A stretch of 64,000 bases of DNA from Raillietiella orientalis (taxonomy: Eukaryota), in the NCBI GenBank assembly GCA_036172245.1, contig JAYWIR010000060.1, positions 372,001 to 436,000 of the forward strand. The letters run 5' to 3'. The notes beneath the pieces are model-generated. The model made no database searches. It was not told the origin of the DNA and saw only the letters and a program-made list of their open reading frames with translations. Below, in pieces: positions 10,322-22,749 of this stretch. The position numbers and the translations under genes were made by a program. Within the stretch, counting starts at the first letter, position 1. Each line of letters starts with the position of its first letter.

Positions 10322-13300
10322 CTACTCCGAGGAGTTCTCCGTGGAGAGGGTGGTCAGCGTGCGTAGCAGGTCCTCCTGGTCGCTCGGATCCAAGCTCTTG
10401 AAGAGTATGATCGCTGACTCGACGGTGACCTCGGGGAATTCCCGCGTCACGTTCCTGACCAGGCTCAGAGAGTTCTCTCTTTTCAAGGACTGAATGTTCT
10501 CCCAGACCACGGAATGTTGCCATCCCTCGGGCGTGAGCTGGGGCTCCAGCCACCTCACGACCTCTTTGTTTTCCTCCCAGAGGTAAAGACTGCCGACCTG
10601 CTGCTCGGCCGAGAACCACCGCAGCATGGAGTGCCTGACCTTGGCCAAGGTCTCGTTGGGACGGACCTCGACCACGCGCCTGTACACCTCGTGTTCGAGG
10701 AGCAGGCGACGCAGGCGCCAGTAAAAATAACCGCGGGCCTGGCGCCACGGGACGATGTCCTGGATGGTCCCCTTTTCCAGCATCCTAGCCGGCGTGTCGT
10801 GCAGGTCGGCGAAGTGCACCGCCACCGCGTGGTACGCGGGCAGCAGCTCCTGCTCCAGGGACCGCGCGGACGCGGCGTCCAGCCCTTGGAACCGCGGGTC
10901 GAGCCGATGCATGGCCTTCAGCAAGTCCTTGGCCTTGTACTTGATCTCCACCGTGCCCTCCGGCTCCAGGACGCCGCCGCGGGACAGCGGGTCGGCGTAC
11001 ATCTCCATGCAGTTTTCGTTGATGGTAGGGTCGACGACCACCCACGCTCCCCCTCGCAGCTCCGCGTGGGGGGGAAGGTACACGAGGACGGGCTGGCGGT
11101 ACTCCCGGAGCGCATCCACGATGTAGGAGCCGAACTTGAGGACCTGGTCGTACATGTCTTGGGGGGGGGGAAAGGGGGGAGGGGGACGAAGACGGCGCGT
11201 GAGGAGACCTGCTGTCCCAGCCCCCTCCCTGCCCGACCTTTCATCCCGCCGGAAAATCCCCTCCAGTTGGCGAAGATGAAGAGGGGCAGCTCCTCCCGGT
11301 TGAAGTCCTTGATGGCCTGCGACGTCTTGTAGGCGGAATCCGGAAACCACACCTGTCCGGCTTGGGTCACGACCTGCGGCGACACCGGGTCGGATCGTCG
11401 CCCCTTCCTTCCCCTCCTCCCGCGTGTACCTTCGCCTCCGAATCCAGGTTGGCCGGGTCGGCGGGAAGCTCCACTTCCATGGTGCGGGTTTCCACGGAGA
11501 TGACCCCGACAGGGATGCCCCCCAGTCGCGCCCTGCCGCATATCACCGACTTGGCCCACGGTTGCAGGATCTCCATCCACGACCCCACGTCGAAGAAGCC
11601 GAGGCACTCGGAACCGTCGAAGCGGCCGCTCAGCATCCAGCGGGGGTTGTAGGGCACCCTGGTGGGCACGAAGTCAACGGGCCGTTCCGTCGGGTCATCG
11701 TTGTACAGTAAGGGCAGCTTGGCTCCCCGATGCTAAAGAGGGGGAGGGGAGAAGGAGGAGAGGGGTCAGACGTTCGCAGCAGCGGCAGCTCCTTACCTTG
11801 GGCATGTACGACAGCCACTTGACGATCATGCAGACGCCCTCCAGGTCGTTGCTGGCGACGGCGTGGGACACCCCATTGTTGTACATGATCTGCAGCCCTC
11901 CGAGCTGGTTGTTGGACGAGTACACCTCGCGGCCGAGGAGCTGGAAGGCAGAAAGGACGTCGGGGAGGGCGAGGGACCTCGGGCCCACCCGGAAATCCGC
12001 CTCCCTCCGTCTCCTCTAGCTCCTACGCGAGGAGGACGGCGTGGGAACACCTCCCCCCCCCCCCCCCGCCGCCGCCATTCACGCCCTTTGCTCCACCTCC
12101 ACCTCCCTGCCTGCCCCTGCGCCCCTACGGGACCAACCTTGTTGAGGGCCGAGAATCCGGTAAGGATGAGGTGCGAGTTCTCCACTTGGATGACGCGCTG
12201 GCCGAGCCGCACCAGGTAGGCTCCGATGCCGATGGCCCGGCACGACACCATGGAGATGGTCACAATCTCGTTGTACGCCTGGGAGGACTCCCCGGCGATG
12301 GCTCCGGACCAGCGCAGGTTCTCCACTCCCATCCCTCCGTCTTTGCCTGGGCGGGAGAGAGAGAGTCGCGGTGTAAGCCCTCCGCACGGCCCCTTCCTTC
12401 CCCTCCCCTCATCCACTGCGGCATCCCTCCCTCCCCCCCCACCTGCTCACCGAAGATGTCCGTTATCTTGTAGCGGGTCTCGCCGTCGGCGTCGATGAGC
12501 TCTGCCTTGACGGAGTTGTAGGCCGAGCACCTCTTGTAGTCCTCGGCGGTCAGGTACAGATACTCGAACCCCTTAGTGTGCCGGGACGGGCGCAGGTGGC
12601 GGGGAGGGTCACAAGGGGGATGCAGCTCGACTCACCTTCTGGGGCTCGGCGGGGTCGATCCAGGCCACCCTATACGTGTTCTTTATCTCATCCGCGAGCC
12701 CGATGCGCGCGCCGCTGTTGGCTGCTATGTAGACACGCGGGATCTTCAGCTTGCGGGCCAGCTGGGAGGCTTGAAGGAACAGGTTGTCTTCCCTGGGGCC
12801 GAAGGATCCTATCTGGAATGTGAGGTCGTTCGCGATGACGATGATGTCACGACCGTCAGGATACTCCGGAGTAAACATGCTCATCTTCCACGCCACCATC
12901 CCTATCTGCGAAGGAAGAAAAAAAAAAAAGGCAGAAATCTGGGCGTTGCCAAGGGCGATGTGAGGGGGGGGGGGGGAGGGGAGAGAGGAAGCTGTTCCTC
13001 ACGTCATTTTCTCCGGGCAGCCTCTTCTCTTCGATGAGAAAGTCGTTGTGGTCGAGCCACAGCTCCTTGCATTCCATGACCCTCGTGAGCTTCTGCCTGG
13101 CCTCTGCCGAAGGAAGAAGTGGATACACACGTCAGTAATCACGGGGAAGGGAAGAAGGGGGGAGAGGAGAAGGGAGGGGAGGGGAGGGAGTGAACACGGG
13201 CACGTACCTTTGAAGCGCGGAAGATGCTCCCACTCCTTCCAGGACCTCTCGATGCTCTGCTTGAACATGTCAGGCAGGTCGTACACGTACGTGGTGCCGC

Positions 13301-16300
13301 TGGACTGGGCCTGGAAGCGCTTGTGCTGCAGGTAACCCTTCGTGACGTAAGGGGTCGATATGGGCATGTCGTGGAGCGGTCCGATCGTCTCCCCGGTCGC
13401 CTCGAAGCGCAGCGTGTGCGTCTTGGCGTCCTCCACCTCCTTGTACAGGTGCACGCTGAGGTGGTACCCGCTTTCGTTTGACAGGCACAGGCGGATGGGC
13501 ATGCCGCTGCACGACACCGTCTGCCGGACCGTCATCTTCAGCTCGGCCTGCAGGATGCGCAGCTTCCAAAGCCGCAGTCCGTAGCGCTGGACCATCGAGT
13601 GAACGCTTTCCACGAGCTTGTTCTGGTCCATTATCACAGCGGGGATGAAGTTGAAGAAGATGTGGTTGCCGTCCGTGTGCCTGGCCAGCGGATGCAGGAA
13701 GGCGAGCTCCAGCTGGTCCATGGCTTCCAGGAGCAGCCTCTCCCCTTCGATCTTGAGGTAGTCGAACGACGCCTCCTTCGACACCAGGTCGGCATGCCGA
13801 ATGATGGATCGCACAAAGAACCGGTAATCGCAGAGGTTCTCTGGTTTGCTGGAATCCGATGGGCTCTAATCGTGGGGAGGAGAAGGGGGGGGGGGACAGG
13901 CTGCTACCACGTGGCAGGAAGAATCGACCCCACCTTGGCCTTTCCCAAGTAAAGGTGCATATTCTGGTTGGACGTCGGGAGCGCTTCCAGGTCGTAATGG
14001 GACATCCTCCCGATCTCCAGCTGGAAAGCGAGTCCCGGCTCCAGGTGTCGGTAGATCCGGTCCTCGTGGTAGTCGTCCCGTTCCCGGAAGGTGAAGAACT
14101 TCGGGTGACCTCGGTTGTAGAAAAGGATGAACGTTATGCGCCGTATCTCCCGATCTTTGAAGAGCTTCCGGTACATCTGGCAGAACTGGGCGCACCTCTC
14201 CGAAACCGTCTCGTCCTTTTCGCCCTCGGTGAGCCGGATGCCCACGTTGATGATGTTGCAGGGCTCCTTCATCTGGAAGGGGCGAGGCCGTCGCCAGGGG
14301 AGGGGCGGGAGGAGCGGCCGCCCTTGCCTCTTTCTCGAAGAGGCGCTCCCCAAACGTGCTCAGCGAGAACGAGTTCTGCAGCGACCCGTAGGGGCTCCCC
14401 TCGGAGTCAAAGATGTGCGTGTTGTCCACCCCGGACCAGCTCCCGTCCACGGTGTTCACCAGGTCCATGAAGTAGAGTTCGAACTCCTCGAAGCTGACGA
14501 AGGCGGCCATGACGCCGCTGCGCAGCCACTGGCTCCTGTCTTTGAAGGAATCCTTCTGGGACAGCCTGCGAAAAGGGGAGGCAGGGAAGCGCGCGCGTGC
14601 ACCCACGCATCCCCCCCGAGGGGGGCCGCACCTGGTCGGGTGGTTCGGAGGCAAGTAAAAATGGAAGAGCACTGCGCATCCGTCCTTGGCCAGCTCCAAG
14701 TTCTGGAGGCAGATCATCTCGTATGAGATGTACGACCGACGGACGTAAACCTGGAGGCGCGCGAGGGTGGAAGAGGGGGTTCCCGTCTCACTCCAACCTC
14801 CAAGGCCGCCCTCCGCACCAGCGGATTGCTGTGGTAAAAGAAGTCGTGCAGCACGTCGAAGATGGAGGTCTCGGACATGATGAGGCGCTCCAGGTTGTCA
14901 GGGCGGTACGCGTCTCCGAAGGTGTTGATCGCGGACAGGAAGATGGACTCCATCTGGTTGTGGCGGAGCTCATAGGGAGGCAGGTGGGCGGCGATCAGCA
15001 CCTGTTGTTGTTATTGGGCGTGGGGAAAGAAGAAGTTCCGGGAAGCGGGTCTCCACCCCACCCCACCCCCTTCCTTTCTTACCTTCCTCGCCCGCAGGAC
15101 CACCTTCGAGTTGTTGGAGCTGGTCAGCAGGGTGAGCTTCTCCAGGTAGTGGTGCACTTCGGCGCTGAGCACGGACTCGTGCAGGCAGTGCTCGTCGATC
15201 AGCCGGATGAGCAGCTGGTTCTTCTTGTGGACCTGGGCAGGAGAGAGGAGGGAGGACGCTTCCCCTGCGGGGCTCCATCTCCGGATCATGTCCCTTCTCT
15301 TACTTGCGAATGCGAAAAGATGTACTTCAGCACTATGTCCACGTTGTCCTTGTACTGATCTCTCAGCTGGCCCACGCAGTGGTCGTAGTGGCCACTCTGG
15401 AACTTTTCCTCCACCTCCTGGTACTTCCCTATGAGTTCCTGGACCACTGCCTTGAAGCGGCCCTTGACGCCGTTGCGGTAGCGCTCGAGGAACTGCACGA
15501 TGCTCTGCGTCGTCATGAAGAAGAGGTCTCGGTCGCTTCGCTTCTGCAGGAGCGCCGCGTAGCTGCAAGGGCAAGAGTTGAGGAGGGGGGGGGGGGCGAA
15601 AAGCACGGGAGGAGGAGGTCACACGATGGAAGAAATGAGCGGCGAGCACCACCGGAAGGCATGGGCTGCCGCGCCACCCCCTCGTCACGAACCTGTCGAT
15701 GATCCCGGCGATCTGCTGGCTCGGGAACTGCACCAGCATGGACGTGAGGTTGCTCGCGTACTGCGCCATCAACTTGCGTATGGAACGCTCCACCGACCTC
15801 GGCACTCTCCCGGAAACCGTTGACAGTGCCTCCTAAGGGAGAAGTGCGGTCATGGGACCCAGGGGAGCAGGAGAAGGGGGAAGGGAGAGGAGGAGGAGGA
15901 GATGCGGCTGGTATCTTCCTCACCTTCAACTCCAGCAGAGGAAGGTTCGGATCGTGGAGGATGGAGAAGAGCTTCTGGATGCTCTGCTCGATCCGGGGTG
16001 CGAAATAGGGGTCCGGCAGGCAGTACCCTTGGGGGAAACTGAGATGAGAGGAGGACAGGGAATCCCGGGAGCCGGTTACCGTCCAGGGTGTTATCCAGGA
16101 AGTCCTTGATCTGGCGAAACTGGTGATGGAGCTTCACCGCTCCCGGGAGAAGCGTCGTGTCACTGTCAGGGAACTTTCCCTGAAAGACCTGAATCTCCTG
16201 TATCTTCTTCTTGTCGTCCAGATCCAGCTTGGAGATCACGGTCCCCGCCTCCAGGATGTTTCCTGGGAGCTTGTGGTACCTTATGATGCCGTCCGTGGAC

Positions 16301-19051
16301 ACTACTAGCGGCATGATCATCTTCATGACCTTTTCCCCCCCGCCCCTTTTCAATGATGACCGGGGTGCCTGGTCGCTCCTCCGTACCTCGATCTCGCAGT
16401 ACACCTGTCCTTGGACGACAGGGGTCCCGTCGGGCACCAGGTAGTTGACGAGCTTGCCGGGCGACGGAGACCTCAGTACGGAGTGGTCGATGTATTTCTC
16501 GAAGACGCACGTCCTGTTGCCGATCATGACGCGGAACTTGTCCACGTCCTCCTTGAGGTAGGCGGTGTAGCTGGCCCCGTCCACAGACAGCAGGAGGCCT
16601 CCGTCTTTCAAACGGTGGGACTCAGCCTCCTTGCTGCTGCCGTTCATCACGAGGAAGTAGCTGCACGGTCCCGTCTTCGTCACCTGGACGATGTACTTGG
16701 TGCCCTCGTAGATCAGCTCCACGTTGACCGAGTTCCCCAAGCCCTTGGCGGGAGTGACTTGTCCCCTGGGAAGAGAGAGAGGAGGGTCTTCTTCTTTCTC
16801 CTACCCCTTCCCCTCCCCCTCCCTTACTTTTCCAGGACCGTCCTGAAGCTCTGGAACGAGTTGGTGATCTGCTGGTCGGCGACCAAGAGGGAGCCGCAGA
16901 CGATGGAGATCATGATGTCCAGCTTGCCCGCCTGGATCCTCTCGCTGATCAGCTCGTCCAGCCACGCAGTGTCGAACTGGTTGTTCTGGAAGCGCTCCGT
17001 TTCCAGGAGAGTCACGAGGTACTCGACCGTGGTGCGGAAGTCCCCGCGAATGGACAGCTCCTTCAGCGCGAAGATGAGGTTCCTGAGACGAGGGACGAGG
17101 TCGAAGGAAACGCCCCGTTCCGCCCCCACGACCACCCGCAACTCACTCTCGCGCCTCCTCCCTGTTCTCCCCCCACGAGAAGCAGTGGCCGAACTGGCTG
17201 TCGGCGAATTCGTGCAGACCACCGGACGCGGCGACGCTGAAGTACCCCCACACGTTTTTGGACGACCGGAAGTTGAGCTCCTGCACCGTCCCGGAACTGG
17301 GCTTGAACCCTGCGGAGGAGGAAAACAAGGGGAAGAGGAGGAACGGTCCTTCGCCCCTTACCTTCGTCCGGGTTCTCGCTAGTGATCCTGGCAGAGATCA
17401 CGTGGCCGCAAGGCTGGGGCGTGTACAGCGGGTTGTCGAAGTCGATGGGCGAGTTGTCCCAGGGGGACATGCCATACAGGATGCGGATCGTCTTGATGCA
17501 ATACAGCGGTATGCCCATGGCGATCTGGCGCCCACCTGTAGCTCGGGAGCGCCCTTTCCGGTGCGAGGAGCGCGCGTACCTGCAGCTGGGCGGCGGGGAG
17601 GTTCACGTCCGCCACCATCTCGGTGCACGGGTGCTCTACCTGGAGCCGGGGGTTCAGCTCCAGGAAGTAGAACATCTGCGTATCCATCTCGTACAGGTAC
17701 TCCACCGTGCCGGCGCTGACGTAACCGACCATCCTGGCCAGGCGAACGGCAGCCTGTCCGGGAGTGGAAAAAAAAAAAAAACCCACCACCGTCGCTTCCA
17801 ACACCCCACGCGTGCGTGCTCACTTTCTCCATCTTCTCAAGGATCTCCGGGTTCGCGACGACGTAGGGGGCCTCCTCGATGATCTTCTGGTGCCTCCTCT
17901 GGATGGAGCAGTCCCTCCCGAACAGGGAAATGGCGTTTCCGTACTGGTCTGCCAGGATCTGCACCTCCAAGTGGCGGGCGGACCGTGCCAGCCTCATGAT
18001 GAAAATGGGCGAGCCGGGCACTTCCGCTTGCACCTATGTGTCCAACAAGATGCCGAGAGGGTTGCGGTTCCTTTCTCCCCCCGTTCCGCGCCTTTCCCGG
18101 ACTTCCCCCCTCTGCATCTGGAGACGCCTCCAGGCATCGGGGTAGGGCGAGGGCAGGAGCGTAAGGCGAAACGGCTTGAAGTCGTCCGGCCCGGCGCACC
18201 GCCCTCTCAGGTTCCCTCCCTCCCCCTGACGGCGCGAAAATAGGTGGTTCCCTCTCCCCTACCTGACGAAACAGCGTCGGGAAGTCATCCTCGTTGTCCA
18301 CCTTCCGGATCCCCTTCCCGCCGCCGCCCTCGCTCGCCTTGATCATCAGGGGGAAGCCGATCGTCTTCGCGGACTTCAGTCCTTCTTCCACCGTCTTCAC
18401 GCACCCCTTGCAGTAGGTTTCGGAGGGGATCTTGACCAGCTTCGCGTCGTCGATCTGCGCCTTCAGGCCTGAAGAGGACGTGCTTGGTCACGGGAAGGCT
18501 GCACCCGGGGGTTTCCTTCACCGGATCCTGACCAAGGCAGAGTGGGGACGTCGGCCGTCTGCGCCACGATGCTGGAAGCGATCTTGTCCCCCAGGGCCCA
18601 CATCGCCTTCTCTGGAGGCCCCATAAAGATGATGCCATTCTTGTTGAGCAGTTCGGGAAGCTTAGGGTTCTCCGACGCGTGGCCCCAGCCCGCCCACACG
18701 GCCTGAAACAGCCATCCCCGTCCCGACCCCCTCTTGAGGCGCCATCTTTACTTGGCAGTTGAGCCTCTTGGCGATCTCCAGGATCAGCTCGCAGTTGGCG
18801 TAGTTGTTGTTGTTGGGTCCTCCCGGGACCTGCACGTAGTGGTCGGCCGTCTTGATGTACTCGGCGTTCGCTGCAAGCGCGAAAACACTAATGACCGCCA
18901 CATTCCAGACCGCGCCGTTACCGTTCAGGTCTTCAGGAGTAACCATGACAACGAAACGAATTGCCCTTTCGTTTCGGAATGTTTCGTACGACCACCTTCG
19001 GATGGAGCGCATGCATTTGACGGCAGCGATGCCATTGTTGGAAATAAGGAT
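10322..19051 (-). CDS. ACC: Acetyl-CoA carboxylase (eukaryotic BC-BCCP-CT multidomain), ~28 mapped exons; N-terminal exon(s) not located
   Basis: BC motifs [85 protein letters not shown]. Biotin motif EIE|VMKM. CT motifs [81 protein letters not shown] traced 27 introns by eye (26 GT-AG, 1 GC-AG). Stop TAG at 10322-10324. Confidence 0.98.
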
Positions 19052-19774
19052 CTCAATAAAAGGGACAAAAACACCCTAAGTCTCATAAAAGCATGGCGAG
19101 GCTCCTCTACCAAACAGCCCCAGTTACAATGACCACCGCCGTTCGGGTGACCTCCGAGCGTCGCGCGCGAGTTAGACCGGAAAGTGGGAGTTTCGGACGT
19201 TCGAGGAGCCGAGCGGGCACCGGCAATGGCGTCCGCGTGTCCCGGCTCAGTGTGACCCGGGACCATCGCAAGGTGGCCGTCGGTCAAAGGCAAGCCACCG
19301 CTCTCCGAACCGCCAGAGTTCCTCCGAAACGCACCCCGGCTTTCTCCGTGTTGCGGTTCCCGCCGCACCACGGGGGGACGCCCCCATCAGAGAAGAACCG
19401 CGGACGTCGGAATGCCAACGGCCCTTCTGCGCCGAAAACAAGAGGCGTCGTTCATCCCGCAGATGCAGGCAGCTCTTGCCGCTCTCCCGTTCCGACCCCC
19501 GGTCCGCCGACCGGCACCCCTGTTTACCGGGTGCCCCTGAAAAGTCTTCATCTTCGTGGCTGAGGAAGACCGCGCCCGCAAGGCAGGGCCACGCGAGCCG
19601 AGCGGACCGATTCGGACTGACAGAGACCACTCCGAAAGCCTCCGCACATCGCAGACGCCCTCTGTGGGAAACGTGCAGGAAACGAGCAGAAAGCGCAACT
19701 TTTTTGTGCTTTCTGTGCACTTTAAGCGTCAATCGTGGGTCCTGAAATGGTTTAAAAATGATACCACCAAGTCT

Positions 19775-19862
19775 AGAAAAGAACTCGTTCGGTACTCGTC
19801 GGTTTCGGCATTCGTCACGAGTTCCCGAACGAATTACCGACGAGTACCGAGGTACCACTGTA
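19775..19862 (-). mobile_element. Solo terminal fragment of a pogo/Tigger-like (Tc1/mariner superfamily) DNA transposon or MITE
   Basis: The minus strand reads TA|CAGTGGTACCTCGGTACTCGTCGGTAATTCGTTCGG..., i.e. a TA target site plus the CAGTGGTACCTCG terminus typical of Tigger-type TIRs. There is an internal perfect 15-bp inverted repeat (19789-19803 / 19836-19850). No partner TIR was seen in the window. Confidence 0.6.
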
Positions 19863-22290
19863 TATTTATTTTTTATAATCCTTCACATGTCCACGATACA
19901 ATCGACAAATTGTTACTTTTTAATCAATAAAATGTGACCGAGTCTGAATGCGTAGGTGCGTTCCGATAATATGACCAGGAGGTAAGAAGCAGCAGGCAGC
20001 AGCCCTCTTCTGCAGCAGCAGGATGCCGGCGACCAATGGGTCGAGCAGGTGCAAAGGCGTGCAAACGCGAGGAACGCGAGGCGACGAGCAGCGCGCGGGA
20101 AAGTGAACGGGCGGCGACCTTTGGCCTCGCTACGACCCCGTCCGAGGCCTGCCCAGTTTGTTCGGAAAAGAAAAGCGGACGCCGCCGAGCGAGGCCGTTG
20201 CGAGGTTGGTCAGAAGTCGTGGGGGGACGGGGGAACACCTGCGGATGCGGCGGTCGAGTCGTCACCGACGCCGAACCATGGGGCGCGGGGACGGAAACGC
20301 AAAGAGGGCAGACGGAAGTTCAGACTGAAGGATCGACGGGGCCTGAGGACGAGACCAGCTTGGCGCTATGTTGCACACCGTCGCTGTGCTCTTTCGAGAT
20401 TCAGGTCCTCCTCGGGAAGGGCGCGAGAGGAAGACGGACGGCAATACCGGCGTTCTGCATCTTGAGTTCGGATGAGTGGCGGTGCTTCAGGCCCGCGGGG
20501 GAGGGCGAAACTCGACGACTTGTCTTTTCGAATTCCGGAGCTTTTCGAAGGTCAGCGTCCCGCAAGGATCTTCGAAACAGCCTCCGGCCTTCAGTTCCCG
20601 GAGCCCCCCGCTCATCCTTTGTCTCGTTTCCCGAAACGGTTTCCCAGGAGACGTCGCTAGGACCTCCAAGAAATCCGCTGCTGGTGGAACTCGCGCCCTT
20701 CGCTGCGAGACGAGGGATCATTCCGAGTTTGGATTCGGTCCAGATGGATCAGGACCACTTCCTGCCACGCCTTCAGCATCCCCTGCACAAGTGCCTCTCG
20801 GCGGGACGGACCCGCGGGTCAGAGCAACAGGTGCGAGCGCACCGATTCGAGAACGACGGGAGCAGCGAAGCATGCGGAGACCTCGCTCTTGACGCGAAAC
20901 CCCGGAGGCCCTGGATCGACTAAACGACCATCAGGTGGAACGAAAGAGACGTAGAGCGTCTTGGTAGCACCCTTGGGCGAAAAGCCTGGGGATTTCTCCC
21001 CCCTCCTCCCCGGTCAAGCAACCTTCAGTAGAAAAGAGGCAGTGTCAAAGTGCACCTCGGACGCAGCGGCAAAAAACGAAAGTAAAAGTTTGCAAAGAGC
21101 GTTCTGCTGGAGCGGAGAGCGCCCCACGTTTGATACGAGGTCACACATCACCAGATGACGAAGCTCCGATTCGAACCTGAAATCATCCTTCTTGCTCGGA
21201 ATTCCTTCGCGGGCACCTTCCCTCTCTCCCTGACGGTGAAGTGAAATGACCCGACCTTGCGCAACGTACGCGGACGGGACGCGAGCGCGCAGAACTCAAG
21301 ATGCACTCTTGCAAAGGACACAAGGAAGATGGGAATCAAGGGGGAGAACACCCTGTTGCAGATGCCCCCCTACCGAGCGCTCCTTCTCTTCTGAATCAGC
21401 AACACGGGCCCGGCCCTTTTATGACTGACACGAAAGCCCGAACGCCCGCGCCACTTTGCTCGCCATTTCCGGAGTGGTCCCGCGCTTTGCGATTTCTCCC
21501 GTCCCCAAGTTACAGACCGCTCGTTCCCTGCAAGTCGGTTCGGATCCACTAAGACGTCCACGCGCAAGAGCTTTCGCGCTTACTGATTCAGAACGCTTTG
21601 AATTTGGAAATTGAAGGGACTTTGAAGGGACCGCGAACACCACCGGATAGATAACGAAGCAAAGGGGCCAGCTAAAGGAAGCGAGGGGCAGGGAGGAGCA
21701 TTCCCCACCCCACGGATGGCAAGCAAACGGAAGGAACGTAAGCGGAGAGGCGTCTTCGACGAGAGGCATCGGCACTCGCAAGGAACGGAAGGTGCAACGC
21801 CGTGGACGCGCAAGCAAGGGCGTCTCTTCGAGGCCAGTAGGCTTCCGGTGCGGCGAACGCGTGCGACCCGACTTGTCCGATGGGCGATGGCTGCAAACTG
21901 GTGGACACCTTGACGCCCGAAAGTGAAAACAAAGAAATTTTCCTTCCTGCGAGCTGAGTGGTTGCGATGACCGTTGGGCACGAGCCCTTTGAATGCTCCG
22001 CTTCGAAAGGGACGAAGGTGCCCGGCAGCAAAAGCTCGCAGCCTTCCTTACAGGCGTTACTGCGCACCTGGCGCCGCCGAACGCTCGGTCAAGCCGTCCA
22101 CCTGCAGCCTCCACACGCGAACTGACGCGGAAGACGAGGGAGGCCTCAGCTTCTGCACCAGTCTCCGGCAAGACGGGACGTCCTTCCTCGGCTGCTTCGT
22201 CGCCGGGCACGCTGCGCAGCCGTGCAAAATCCGGCACGAGCAGCGGATTCGAAACTCTTCAAGCTAGGGGGCACCTCGGGAGGGGGGTAC

Positions 22291-22520
22291 CCTATGCATC
22301 CAGGAAGGGTTCTGAAGGAGGAAGGAGTCCGTTCCTCTCACACGCTTGGGAGGGAGCCCCGAAGAGGACCTCTTCTTTCTTCTCTCCGGAGGGACCCCTG
22401 GTCTGTGGGGGGGCCGCTCCTCATTTTCTTCTCCTCAGGCTCCCCCCCCAAAGGATCCGCCCCTTCTTTACTCCTCCTCCACTGAAGAGAGCCCCGAAGG
22501 AACGCTCGTCAATTTCTCTG
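22291..22520 (+). repeat. Dispersed repeat family, copy A (conserved head plus degenerate ~42-nt units)
   Basis: CTATGCATCCAGGAAGGG...GGAGTCCGTTCCTCTCACACGCTTGGG head; internal TTCTCTCCGGAGGGACCCC; tail CTGAAGAGAGCCCCGAAGGAACGCT. These blocks are shared with copies at 26611 and 48653. Confidence 0.8.
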
Positions 22521-22695
22521 GGGGGGGGGGGCGCTACCCGAAGGGTCAAATTCCAATTCCGGTCGTTCAACGGGGGCATCCGGGAATTTCCGGCTTCCAC
22601 CAGTGCAACTGCACCCAAATAGGGCGACCAGTGCCAACCTGCGGGGAGGGAGTTGGAACCCACCACGGCGCGCCCATTTCTCTGGCGCCCATCCT

Positions 22696-22749
22696 TCCCC
22701 GGGCGGGATTCGAACCCGCGACGCTCGGTGCCCTCCCGGATCGCGAGGA
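22696..22749 (-). pseudogene. tRNA-like fragment (T-arm/B-box; possible tRNA-derived SINE remnant)
   Basis: Perfect T-arm GCGGG-TTCGAAT-CCCGC (22703-22719) followed by CCGGGGA, partly complementary to upstream TCCTCG. The interior is too short for both D and anticodon arms. Confidence 0.4.

Noticed and set aside
19730..19800. Peptide PNEFFSRLGG resembling the ACC N-terminal EFVTRFGG
   Set aside because: It overlaps the transposon-end remnant, and no donor gives the right length and phase.
22482..22512. CTGAAGA followed by a stem, resembling a hammerhead ribozyme core in the dispersed repeat
   Set aside because: The required GAAA after stem II is missing in copies A and B, and copy C reads CTGAACA.
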